NCBI GenBank assembly: GCA_018362895.1
Contig: JAHALR010000002.1
Span: 400 to 64,399, forward strand
DNA from: Clostridium sp.
GTDB lineage: Bacteria; Cyanobacteriota; Vampirovibrionia; Gastranaerophilales; Gastranaerophilaceae
Length of the DNA: 64,000 nt
Reading direction: 5' to 3'
In this document: positions 38,509 to 47,440 of the stretch, piece by piece
Layout of the letters: every line of letters starts with the position of its first letter
How positions within the stretch are numbered: position 1 is the stretch's first letter
Made by a program: the position numbers and the translations under genes
Notes under the pieces: generated by a model
Databases searched by the model: none
Seen by the model: the letters and a program-made list of their open reading frames with translations, nothing else
What the model was told of the DNA's origin: nothing

Positions 38509-40032
38509 ATGAACTTTTTATCTTTGATATGGCTTATATTTGCCCCCTTATTAATTGCAGGAGTGATAATGCTGCCTGTGTTTCCGAATCATCAAGTCAG
38601 AGTGAGACGTTTTGCAAAGTGGTTTGCGAGTTTTCATTTCTTATATGCTCTTTTGTTTCTTGCGTTTTTTGATACAAGCCTTTATGGAATGTCATTTGAA
38701 AAGGAATTGACATTCTTTGGCATCTCCTGGCTCAAGAGCCTTGGCATAAGCGCAAAGTTTGCAGTAGACGGAATTGCTCTTCTTATGGTGGTTGTGACAA
38801 CTTTTGTTGTTTTAATTACTCTGTTTATGAGTAAAATTCATATCCGCTCGAAACACAAACTTTATTATGCAATGGTGTTTTTGTTAGAGTGTGCTGTTCT
38901 TGGAATTTTCTGTTCAAAAGACATGTTTATGTTTTTTGTCTTCTGGGAGCTGTCATTGATACCTGTTTATTTTCTTGTGTCACAGTGGGGCAATTCTGAG
39001 GCAAGGCGTGCAGCAATGAGATTTACCCTCGGTTCGTTTGCTGCGAATATGTTCTTGTTCTTCGGAATGTTGATTCTTTATTATTACAACTTTGCTGTGA
39101 GCAATGTTTTGACAGCAAATATTGAATCATTGAATATGGATGAAAAAATTTATCCTGTGTGGTTTCAGGTTACAGTTTTTGTTAATTTCCTGATAGGTTT
39201 TGTTGTAAGGGTTCCGTTTGTGTTGTTTCACAACTGGTATGCTGATATTCAGAGCAAGGCTGCTGCACCTGTAAATATTCTGCTTTCGGGATTGCTTTTG
39301 AATACCGGTGTTTATGCTCTTATCAGATTCAATATGCAGGTTTTTCCGGAAATCTTCAAACTGTTTGCACCGGTGCTTATGGTGTGGGGCGTTGTGAATA
39401 TAATATATTGCGGAGCGTTGTCTATTGTTCAGCCCGGAATAAAGAAAATGGTTGCTTATGCAAACATTGCTTCAATGGGCTTTGTCATGATGGGACTGGC
39501 AAGCTTGAATGCAACAGGATTCAACGGTGCTGTTTTTATGGCACTGGCATCAACAATTGTGTATTGCGCATTGTTTGTTGTAATTTCATGTGTACAGTTT
39601 AGAACAAAAACCACATATATTACAGCTCTGGGCGGACTCGGACAGGTTATGCCAAAGTGTATGTATCTTTCTTTGATTGTATGCTTTTCTGCAATCGGGC
39701 TTCCGTTTTTGATTATGTTTGCACCAAAGCTTATGGTAATAACAGGTGCATTGTTTTCAAATCTTGAACAACAGCTAATGGTCAAAATTGCTGCATTTGT
39801 TGCACTTTTAGCCATTGCTGTATCAGCAGGATATCTTATGTATTTCTTTTATAAGGTATTTTGTTCCGTACTTTTGGAACAGTGGAAAAAACTCAAAGAC
39901 CTCAGCCCTCAAGAAACAAGCGTGCTTTCGGCATTGTGTCTTGTTATTATTTATCTGGGATTGTGTCCTATGAGTATTGTGCAAATTTATCAATCTGTTT
40001 CGAGTATAATTTTAGATGTATTACAGGTATAA
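38509..40032 (+). CDS. nuoM: NuoM-like antiporter subunit
   Basis: FFVFWELSLIPVYFLVSQWG and VPFVLFHNWYADIQSKAAAPVNILLSGLLLNTGVYALIRF align with NuoM/NdhD TM5 and TM7-8. Confidence 0.85.
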   Translation: MNFLSLIWLIFAPLLIAGVIMLPVFPNHQVRVRRFAKWFASFHFLYALLFLAFFDTSLYGMSFEKELTFFGISWLKSLGISAKFAVDGIALLMVVVTTFVVLITLFMSKIHIRSKHKLYYAMVFLLECAVLGIFCSKDMFMFFVFWELSLIPVYFLVSQWGNSEARRAAMRFTLGSFAANMFLFFGMLILYYYNFAVSNVLTANIESLNMDEKIYPVWFQVTVFVNFLIGFVVRVPFVLFHNWYADIQSKAAAPVNILLSGLLLNTGVYALIRFNMQVFPEIFKLFAPVLMVWGVVNIIYCGALSIVQPGIKKMVAYANIASMGFVMMGLASLNATGFNGAVFMALASTIVYCALFVVISCVQFRTKTTYITALGGLGQVMPKCMYLSLIVCFSAIGLPFLIMFAPKLMVITGALFSNLEQQLMVKIAAFVALLAIAVSAGYLMYFFYKVFCSVLLEQWKKLKDLSPQETSVLSALCLVIIYLGLCPMSIVQIYQSVSSIILDVLQV

Positions 40033-40068
40033 ATCAGTAGAGTTAAGTGACAGCGGGGAATAGTCTGG

Positions 40069-41496
40069 ATGTCTGAAATAGTTAGCGCATATCTGCCGGA
40101 ATTTATAATCATAGTTTTTATATTGTTCAACCTTTTGGCATCGCTGTTTTTTAACACATACCTTTATAAACTCTCAAAATGGGTTACACTTCTCGGTATA
40201 GTTCTGGCGCTTGCTTCTACTTTCTATTTACAGATTGAGCCCGAGGCTTATGCCTTTAACAATTCGTTTCTCTCAAATATTTATACAGTATTTTTCAAAA
40301 TATTAATGTTGATAAGCGGTTTTTTCCTAACATTGTTGTCACGCAACATGATTCGGGAAAAACGAGACAGGGCATTTGAATATTTCAGCGTGTTTTTGTC
40401 TGGACTGCTTTTTGCAATGTGTGCGGTTAGTGCAACAGATTTTCTCGGGTTGTTTGTATCTCTTGAGGCATTGGGTTTGAGCTGTTATCTTTTGCTCTCA
40501 TTTACAAAAAGTCCAGATTCCAAACAACTTACTTTTGGATATCTTGTTCAGGGTGCTGTTGTGTCGAGTTTGTTTCTGGGAGGATTGTCGCTTCTTTACG
40601 GAATGTGTGCTCAGATGGACTATGAACAAATCAGCCTTTATTTCAGCCAGAATCAGCCGCAAATTCTACTTACGCTTTCTTTGCTTTTGATGACTTGTAC
40701 AATTATGTTTAAGCTCGGGGTTGTTCCATTTTCAAGCTGGCTTCCTGATACGTTTCAAGGTGCAAGTTATCCGATAGCTGCTTATATGTCGTGTATTCCT
40801 GTTCTGGCATGTTTTGGGGTTTTGTCTCGAATGCTTATGATACTTTTGAATTATACCTTCACAATGAAGATTGTTTTTGCATGTCTTGCTGTGATTACAA
40901 TAGTTCTCGGATCTTTGTCGGCAATTAGACAGGAAAGCCTGAAAAGACTAATGGCTTATTCTATGAGTGTGCACTCGGGGATTATGCTTTTAGGGCTTTG
41001 CGTCTTTTCTGTATACAGTCTCTCGGGAGTTTTGTTTTATCTTTTCTGCTATGTTTTTTCAAACATAGGCGCATGGTCAGCGATAATTCTTTTGTATAAT
41101 TCCGGAAGGCTTGAGAATCTCAATGACTTAAAGGGGCTTATTTATCACAGACCATATTATGTCATAGCTTTTACGTTTGTGTTGATATCTCTTGCCGGGC
41201 TCGCTCCGACATGCGGATTTGTTGCAAAGCTATACATCTCTTCGGCTGTTGCCCGTTCGGGGTTTATATTTCTTCCTTTTTTGCTGATATCCCTTCTTGC
41301 TTCGGTAATTATGATTTATGCATACTGGCGCATAATCAGAGCTATGTTCAGACGTATTGAAACTGATATCTCAATCGATAATAATATAATTTCGTCAAAA
41401 TTTATCCTTTATGCGTGTGCTTTTGCCACAGTAGGAATCTGCCTTTTCTCGGATAAAATAATTCAGCTTTGCCAGCTGGTTGCATATTATATGTAA
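40069..41496 (+). CDS. nuoN: NuoN-like antiporter subunit
   Basis: LFVSLEALGLSCYLL and FKLGVVPFSSWLPDTFQGAS align with NuoN/NdhB. Confidence 0.85.
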   Translation: MSEIVSAYLPEFIIIVFILFNLLASLFFNTYLYKLSKWVTLLGIVLALASTFYLQIEPEAYAFNNSFLSNIYTVFFKILMLISGFFLTLLSRNMIREKRDRAFEYFSVFLSGLLFAMCAVSATDFLGLFVSLEALGLSCYLLLSFTKSPDSKQLTFGYLVQGAVVSSLFLGGLSLLYGMCAQMDYEQISLYFSQNQPQILLTLSLLLMTCTIMFKLGVVPFSSWLPDTFQGASYPIAAYMSCIPVLACFGVLSRMLMILLNYTFTMKIVFACLAVITIVLGSLSAIRQESLKRLMAYSMSVHSGIMLLGLCVFSVYSLSGVLFYLFCYVFSNIGAWSAIILLYNSGRLENLNDLKGLIYHRPYYVIAFTFVLISLAGLAPTCGFVAKLYISSAVARSGFIFLPFLLISLLASVIMIYAYWRIIRAMFRRIETDISIDNNIISSKFILYACAFATVGICLFSDKIIQLCQLVAYYM

Positions 41497-42225
41497 TTAT
41501 CCGATAGGAATTCTCGTTTTGCCGCTCACAGGTATATATTGCTGGTATTTAACTTTGAACCAGTGGTCACGGATAACATCTTGTGATATAGCTCCAAAGG
41601 TTGTACTGTCATTCAACTTTGAATCTTTTCTTATTGTTTTGTATAAACTTTCTGACTCTGAGTCTGAGTCATTTTCTTCGATGTCAATTTTCCTTGTGAG
41701 AAGAAGCTCGGGCAGAATTTTTACAACTTCTCTGATTTTTGCCACACACCTGTCTGCAAAATCGGACTCTTCTTCTCGGTCAGGGTAATAACCCATAGAT
41801 ATTTCAACGAAACCGCTTCCTATTCTGTCAACGAGGTTCTGGTCATAATCTTTGTAGGCATCGAGAATGGGGGTTGGAAGGGTTTGACATTTTTCTTGTT
41901 CTTCAAGAATGTCCTCTCTTGCTTTTAATCCGTCAATGTAGCTTATTCTGAGATTTTGTCCGGGATAACCGCCAAATTTACTTATTTCGTCATTTAAAGA
42001 GAAAACTGTTTTTACAAATGGGTCTGTTTCAATTTTTATGTTTGGCATCTCATTTGCAAGCCTGCTTTCAATCAGGGGCATACCGGCAGAATGGTATCCG
42101 TCTTGGCTCTTTGGATAGTTGCAAAGGTCATAATATACCTTTGCAGAAAATGCCGGTTTGTGTTTTTGGGGTACGGATGAGTTTTTGTTATATAAATTGT
42201 AATTTGGTATGCTGCTTATTCTCAT
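41497..42225 (-). CDS. Hypothetical protein with an N-terminal MRISSI...AFSAK tag; paralog of the upstream CDS
   Basis: Abuts the next CDS with no gap. Shares a GYYPDREEESDF block with the NYYPYEHPERKADF block of its neighbour. Confidence 0.6.
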   Translation of the reverse strand: MRISSIPNYNLYNKNSSVPQKHKPAFSAKVYYDLCNYPKSQDGYHSAGMPLIESRLANEMPNIKIETDPFVKTVFSLNDEISKFGGYPGQNLRISYIDGLKAREDILEEQEKCQTLPTPILDAYKDYDQNLVDRIGSGFVEISMGYYPDREEESDFADRCVAKIREVVKILPELLLTRKIDIEENDSDSESESLYKTIRKDSKLNDSTTFGAISQDVIRDHWFKVKYQQYIPVSGKTRIPIG

Positions 42226-42846
42226 TTATCCAAACATCCTTTCAAATACAGTTTTCTTGATACTAAAATCAGGATTACCTTTGAATTCTTTATTCATTTT
42301 TTCAAAAATTTTTTTCATACTCAATGCTTCTTCAAAGTTTTTGATAAAATCGGCTTTTCTTTCAGGATGCTCGTAAGGATAATAGTTTATTCTTGCAACA
42401 GGGACTTCTTCTCCTATAAATTTGATTGAATCATAAACTTTTTTGGATTCTTTTTCGTTGGCAAAATTTCCTTCCAGATATCTTTTTATATTTTTTAAAA
42501 GATTTGGATGGAGATTTTCTTCTTTGCCGCTTTTTACAATTTTTTCCAGTAACTCTGTGAATTTAAACATAGAAACCTTTGTTTTTACCCTGATGAGTCT
42601 GGGTTCTTGGGTGTGAGCGACCTGTACTTCAAAATTCATCAAACCTTCATATTTATCATCAATTTTTTTCATAATTGTGGACAAAGTATGTGCGATATCA
42701 GGTCCGTTTTTGTAAATTCTTGTTATTTCTTTCAGCGTAGGATTAAAAACAACTTCTCCAAAGCTTATTTCAGAGGAGCTTTTTTTATTGATAGATGCGT
42801 TTCTGTCCTGAAGCGATGATGTGAATGGCGTAATTTTCATGTGCAC
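42226..42846 (-). CDS. Hypothetical protein with an N-terminal MHMKITPF...EISFGE tag
   Basis: ORF with upstream promoter-like AT-rich DNA. No known domain. Confidence 0.6.
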   Translation of the reverse strand: MHMKITPFTSSLQDRNASINKKSSSEISFGEVVFNPTLKEITRIYKNGPDIAHTLSTIMKKIDDKYEGLMNFEVQVAHTQEPRLIRVKTKVSMFKFTELLEKIVKSGKEENLHPNLLKNIKRYLEGNFANEKESKKVYDSIKFIGEEVPVARINYYPYEHPERKADFIKNFEEALSMKKIFEKMNKEFKGNPDFSIKKTVFERMFG

Positions 42847-42942
42847 TCCAATTTGATTAAAAATAATTTACCACTTTTGTAGTATAAAGTGAATAAAATT
42901 GCCACTTTTTGATTTATATTTTGTTACATATATAATAATTCT

Positions 42943-44328
42943 ATGGCTAAACTGAAAACGAAATGGGTCTGTCAAAATTGCGGATATGAAACCGCAAAAT
43001 ATCTGGGGAAATGTCCTGATTGCGGACAATGGAGCACGTTGACAGAAGAGGTTTTTGAAACTTCTTCGACTTCTGGAGCTTCTTTAAAGGCAGTAATGAA
43101 TGATATTAAACCCTGTTTGATAAATGAAATAGAGATTGATAATACAATACGTTTTTCAACAGGAATAGATGAATTTGACAGGGTTCTGGGCGGAGGTCTT
43201 GTTCAGGGTTCCATTGTACTTCTTGCCGGAGACCCCGGAATAGGAAAATCCACCATTCTTTTGCAAACAGGTAAGGCTGTATGTAAAAACGGAAGAAAAG
43301 CACTTTATGTCAGTGCGGAAGAATCAGCTTCACAGGTGAAACTTCGCTCTCAAAGACTGGGGGTCAGTTCTGATTCTCTTTATGTATATTCTCAAACAAG
43401 CTTTGAGGCAATAAAACTTCAGATTGATGAAATAAAACCTGAAGTCTTAATTATAGACAGTATACAGGCTGTTTATACAAACACAATTTCAAGCTCTCCC
43501 GGAAGTGTTTCTCAAATCAGAGAATGCACAAACATTCTTATGGATATAGCCAAAAACAAGAATATTACCGTTGTTGTAATCGGACATGTCACAAAAGAAG
43601 GCAACATTGCGGGACCAAAGGTGCTTGAGCATATGGTTGATACTGTTATTTATTTTGAAGGTGACAGATATAAGTCTTACAGATTGCTCAGATGTATGAA
43701 AAACCGTTTCGGAACAACAAATGAGGTCGGTGTTTTTAATATGTGTGATGATGGGTTACACGAGATAACGAATCCGAGCGAGTTGTTTTTGAATGAACGA
43801 ACAAAAAATATTACACCGGGGAGTGTTGTAATTGCTACAAATGAAGGAACAAGACCTCTTCTTATTGAAATTCAGGCTCTTGTCGGCACAACCTCTTATC
43901 CTTCGCCCAGACGTGTTTCAAACGGAATAGACTATAACAGGCTTTTGCAGATTCTCGCTGTTTTGGAGAAAAGAGTCGGTCTCAATTTGAGCAAACAGGA
44001 CGTTTATGTGAACGTCATAGGCGGAATAGACATCGACGAGCCTGCGGCAGACCTCGGGGTTGCACTTGCTGTAACTACCTGTGCAAGAGATGTAGTTGTC
44101 AGTCCTGATACTGTTATAGTCGGAGAACTCGGTCTGTCAGGCGAAGTAAGAACTGTTAATAATCTAAACAAACGCATAAGAGAAGCAGAAAAACTCGGGT
44201 TCAAAAAAATCATTGTGCCAAAATCAAATTCTCTTAAAAAAGAAGAATTTAAGGAGATTCAAATCCTGGAGGTGGAAAGATTGATTGATTCAATTTCTGC
44301 TTGTGTATACAAAGAGACAGAAAAATAA
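42943..44328 (+). CDS. radA: DNA repair protein RadA/Sms
   Basis: CQNCGYE....GKCPDCGQW zinc finger, GDPGIGKST Walker A, the KNRFG motif and a Lon-like C-terminus. Confidence 0.95.
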   Translation: MAKLKTKWVCQNCGYETAKYLGKCPDCGQWSTLTEEVFETSSTSGASLKAVMNDIKPCLINEIEIDNTIRFSTGIDEFDRVLGGGLVQGSIVLLAGDPGIGKSTILLQTGKAVCKNGRKALYVSAEESASQVKLRSQRLGVSSDSLYVYSQTSFEAIKLQIDEIKPEVLIIDSIQAVYTNTISSSPGSVSQIRECTNILMDIAKNKNITVVVIGHVTKEGNIAGPKVLEHMVDTVIYFEGDRYKSYRLLRCMKNRFGTTNEVGVFNMCDDGLHEITNPSELFLNERTKNITPGSVVIATNEGTRPLLIEIQALVGTTSYPSPRRVSNGIDYNRLLQILAVLEKRVGLNLSKQDVYVNVIGGIDIDEPAADLGVALAVTTCARDVVVSPDTVIVGELGLSGEVRTVNNLNKRIREAEKLGFKKIIVPKSNSLKKEEFKEIQILEVERLIDSISACVYKETEK

Positions 44329-44439
44329 TCCCTTTCTCAAATTTCATCCATATACATGATTCCCTCTTTAACTTTATAAGTAGAATATTAATATACCATC
44401 ACACATTCATGACTTTTAGGGGAAATCGTTGGATATTAG

Positions 44440-45264
44440 ATGAGTGAAGAATTAGAGTACAGTTCTTATAATAAAATCAAGAGACTTTCAGACGAGGAGC
44501 TGGCGTCTTTGTGGCATTCGTATCTTGCGGATAAAACAAACAAATCCCTGAGAGACAAGTTGATTGTGCAATATATCTATCTGACGAGATATGTAATCGG
44601 TCGTGTGAAAATGAACCTTCCTGCTACTTTTTCAATAGAAGATATAACAAGCTATGGCGTTGAAGGTTTGATAGATGCAATTGAAAAGTATACTCCGGAT
44701 AAAGGTGCAAGGTTTGAAACCTATGCACTTATGCGTATCAGAGGAACTATTATAGATAAAATCCGCTCTCAAGATTGGGTTCCGAGAAGCACAAGGAAAA
44801 AAATTAAAGAAATAAAACAATGCGCGGAACAGCTTAAACAAACACTGGGCAGAGCTGCAACCACTACTGAAATTGCTAATGCAATGAGTATGGAGAAAGA
44901 AAAAGTTGAAAGCCTTCTTGCTGACGAAATGCAGGTAGGATCTTTGTATGATAAAAAAGGGTCCTCTGATGAAAGTGTTGAAATCATTGACACAATTCAG
45001 GACGAAAATTCGAAAAATCCTCTGGAACAGCTTGTTGACAAGGATGTAAAAAAAGAATTGCAGCTGGCTTTGAAACGACTTCCCGAACGTGAAAGAATGA
45101 TTATGGTGCTTTACTATCACGAAAATATGACCCTTAAAGAAATCGGCGAAACTATAAGCGTTTCAGAATCAAGAGTCTGCCAGCTTCATGCTCAAGCTAT
45201 TATGAAACTTAAAAATATTCTAAGCTCAAGCCGTACTGACAGACTCAAAAAAAGTATTGTTTAA
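44440..45264 (+). CDS. fliA: FliA/WhiG-family (sigma-28 type) RNA polymerase sigma factor
   Basis: Region 2 (YGVEGLIDAIEKY.P..GARFETYA..RIRG.I.D..R) and the region 4.2 HTH (LKEIGETISVSESRVCQLHAQAIMKLK). Confidence 0.85.
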   Translation: MSEELEYSSYNKIKRLSDEELASLWHSYLADKTNKSLRDKLIVQYIYLTRYVIGRVKMNLPATFSIEDITSYGVEGLIDAIEKYTPDKGARFETYALMRIRGTIIDKIRSQDWVPRSTRKKIKEIKQCAEQLKQTLGRAATTTEIANAMSMEKEKVESLLADEMQVGSLYDKKGSSDESVEIIDTIQDENSKNPLEQLVDKDVKKELQLALKRLPERERMIMVLYYHENMTLKEIGETISVSESRVCQLHAQAIMKLKNILSSSRTDRLKKSIV

Positions 45265-45268
45265 ATTT

Positions 45269-45901
45269 TTAGTAGTTTATAGCACCTTCACGAAGAACTC
45301 TTGCTGCGCAATCAAGCCCTGAGCCTGTTGAATTGCAGTTTCCCCAGTTTTTGGCATAAGTGCCTTCCGGATAAAGCCCTTTTTCTGAAGCGTAATACCA
45401 GTAAAACATAAATACGTCATATCCGAGAGTGTTTGGCTTTTTCTCAGAACCATTTACATCAACAAAAAATAAATCATAATTGTTGGGGTTAAGGTCATAA
45501 ATCCAGCTCATTCCGTCAGCTGTGATGAAAGCTGTTGTCGGAGAACCATAGCCCTTGTTTGTGATACTTGAATAAAGGTCTCCATTAAGTTGATATACTT
45601 TTCCGTCACCCAGGCAGCCTGTCGAATTTATACATTCTTTTGTTACATTCATATATGCTTTTATATTATTAAATGCTGTCACAGTGTCAGCATCTGTTGA
45701 ACCCCACCTTCTTCTAGGGCCGTTTTCTTGTTCAGCCAGAGCAATTGCATTTGAAAGAGTTGCGTAAGCTTTTTTTAATCCTGCAACATTTTCTCTTTGT
45801 TCGGCAGATTTTCTTAAACCGGGGATAGTCATTGCAGCTATAACGCCTATTACCATTAAAGTAACCAGAACTTCTGCGAGTGTAAATGCTTTCTTATTCA
45901 T
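45269..45901 (-). CDS. Prepilin-type pseudopilin, tandem paralog 1
   Basis: MNKKA-FTLAEVLVTLMVIGVIAAMTIPG. C-terminal C-x9-C AARVLREGAINY. Confidence 0.85.
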   Translation of the reverse strand: MNKKAFTLAEVLVTLMVIGVIAAMTIPGLRKSAEQRENVAGLKKAYATLSNAIALAEQENGPRRRWGSTDADTVTAFNNIKAYMNVTKECINSTGCLGDGKVYQLNGDLYSSITNKGYGSPTTAFITADGMSWIYDLNPNNYDLFFVDVNGSEKKPNTLGYDVFMFYWYYASEKGLYPEGTYAKNWGNCNSTGSGLDCAARVLREGAINY

Positions 45902-45916
45902 GAGCTCTCCTATTCT

Positions 45917-46564
45917 TTAATAATTTATAGCACCTTCACGAAGGACTCTTGCTGCACAATCTCTGCCTTCTCCCGAGCGAGTGCAGTCTCCGTTTCCTGA
46001 GACATCATTCCCGGCAGGCACAAGTCCGTTGTCGCCGAGTACATAGATGAAAACGTCATCACCTACCCTGTTTGGCGGGTTGTCTCCATTGACATCAGCA
46101 GCAAAAAGAATTGTGTTTGTATTTTTTCTTGTAACATTAAAGCTTTCACCGTGAACATCAAAAGCAATGTTCATTCCGTCTCCGGTTTTGAAAGATATTG
46201 TAGGTGAACCGTAACCGTTGTCAACAAAGTTTGTTGCTGTGCCGTTGTTGAGGGCTTTGGGTTTAACCCAGCAGCCTGATGTACCTATACATTCTTTTAC
46301 TATATTTAGATGCGGTTTTATTTTGTTGAAATTAGTTGTTGTATCAGCATCCGTAAAAGACCAGTTTTCAATCGGGTCATAAACTTTTGCAATATCAACT
46401 GCTTCACTTAACACTATATATGCTTTTTTACAACCTTCAGCGTTGGCTTTTTTATGTGCTGAGGCATTTATAGCAGGAAGCGTCAGTGCTGAAATAACGC
46501 CTATGACTGTGAGTGAGACCAGAACTTCTGCGAGAGTGAATGCTTTTTGGTTATTTATCTTCAT
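45917..46564 (-). CDS. Prepilin-type pseudopilin, tandem paralog 2
   Basis: Start placed at the internal ATG 46564, giving MKINNQKA-FTLAEVLVSLTVIGVISALTLP. The same C-terminal motif DCAARVLREGAINY. Confidence 0.85.
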   Translation of the reverse strand: MKINNQKAFTLAEVLVSLTVIGVISALTLPAINASAHKKANAEGCKKAYIVLSEAVDIAKVYDPIENWSFTDADTTTNFNKIKPHLNIVKECIGTSGCWVKPKALNNGTATNFVDNGYGSPTISFKTGDGMNIAFDVHGESFNVTRKNTNTILFAADVNGDNPPNRVGDDVFIYVLGDNGLVPAGNDVSGNGDCTRSGEGRDCAARVLREGAINY

Positions 46565-46603
46565 AGTTTTATAATACCCCGTTTGTTTGTTTTTACACAC
46601 ATA

Positions 46604-47251
46604 TTAATAACTTATTACACCTTCTTTAAGAACTTTTGCCGTACAGCTTAAACCTCTTCCTTTGCCTGTACCGCAGTCTGATGAGTCATGACTCCCGGCA
46701 GGAAGAAGGATTCCGTTTTTTGTAAGGTTAAACAGGAATATGTCATATCCGAATGTGTTTGGCTTTTTGGGGCCGTTTACATCATAAAAGAAGGATGCAT
46801 AAACAGTGTCAGCAGGGTCTTGCTTGTAGCTTTCTACTCCACAGGGCCCTTTTACACTGCCTGTGCAGGTGTAAAAGACAATTTGTGAGCCGTCAGCCAT
46901 TTTTATATATCTTGCATTTGCAAGTGACCAGGAACCGGATGAACCGCTTTGCTCGTAATAAGTGTTGTTGTCAAGGCAGTTTTTTGTTTTGCAGTCTTCC
47001 ATAATATTCATGTGTGTTTTCAATTCGGTTAAAAAACTGTCAGGGTCATTCCATCGCCACTGTCTGACAGGGCCTATTTCCTGCTGTGTTAAATCAACAG
47101 CCTGATATAATGAAGCATACGCCTTTTTACAGCCGGCAGCAAGCTCTCTCATTTGCGCATTTTTTCTCAAACCGGGAATCGTCATTGCTGCTATAACACC
47201 GATTATCATTAGTGTTACAAGCACTTCTGCGAGTGTAAAAGCTTTTTTCAT
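46604..47251 (-). CDS. Prepilin-type pseudopilin, tandem paralog 3
   Basis: MKKA-FTLAEVLVTLMIIGVIAAMTIPG. C-terminal SCTAKVLKEGVISY. Confidence 0.85.
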   Translation of the reverse strand: MKKAFTLAEVLVTLMIIGVIAAMTIPGLRKNAQMRELAAGCKKAYASLYQAVDLTQQEIGPVRQWRWNDPDSFLTELKTHMNIMEDCKTKNCLDNNTYYEQSGSSGSWSLANARYIKMADGSQIVFYTCTGSVKGPCGVESYKQDPADTVYASFFYDVNGPKKPNTFGYDIFLFNLTKNGILLPAGSHDSSDCGTGKGRGLSCTAKVLKEGVISY

Positions 47252-47384
47252 AATCTAAATTCCATTCTATAACCTTTATCAGTAAATCATATTTTTTGTT
47301 GTTTATCAATGGCATAAATTTTTTTGCTTTTAATAAAAATAGTGCTTGAAATAATTGTGATTTTATAATAATATATTGGGTAAA

Positions 47385-47402
47385 TAGTGAATTTATTCAC
47401 GA
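47385..47402 (+). promoter_or_regulatory. Candidate Rex-type operator (TAGTGAA-TTTA-TTCACGA)
   Basis: Perfect 14-bp palindrome GTGAATTTATTCAC at 47387-47400, ending 40 nt upstream of the hydC-like ATG at 47441. Matches the core of the published Rex consensus TTGTGAA-N4-TTCACAA at 16 of 18 positions. Confidence 0.45.
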
Positions 47403-47440
47403 TATTGGTCTAGATATTGTTTGTTAAAAAGGAGATTTCA

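Noticed and set aside
36491-41496. Interpretation of the five membrane genes as an Mrp-type Na+/H+ antiporter operon.
   Set aside because: A NuoJ-like gene precedes the NuoK-like gene, and the order J-K-L-M-N is that of nuo operons. No MrpB/E/F/G-like small subunits are present. The NuoL-like protein lacks the MrpA-specific C-terminal extension.
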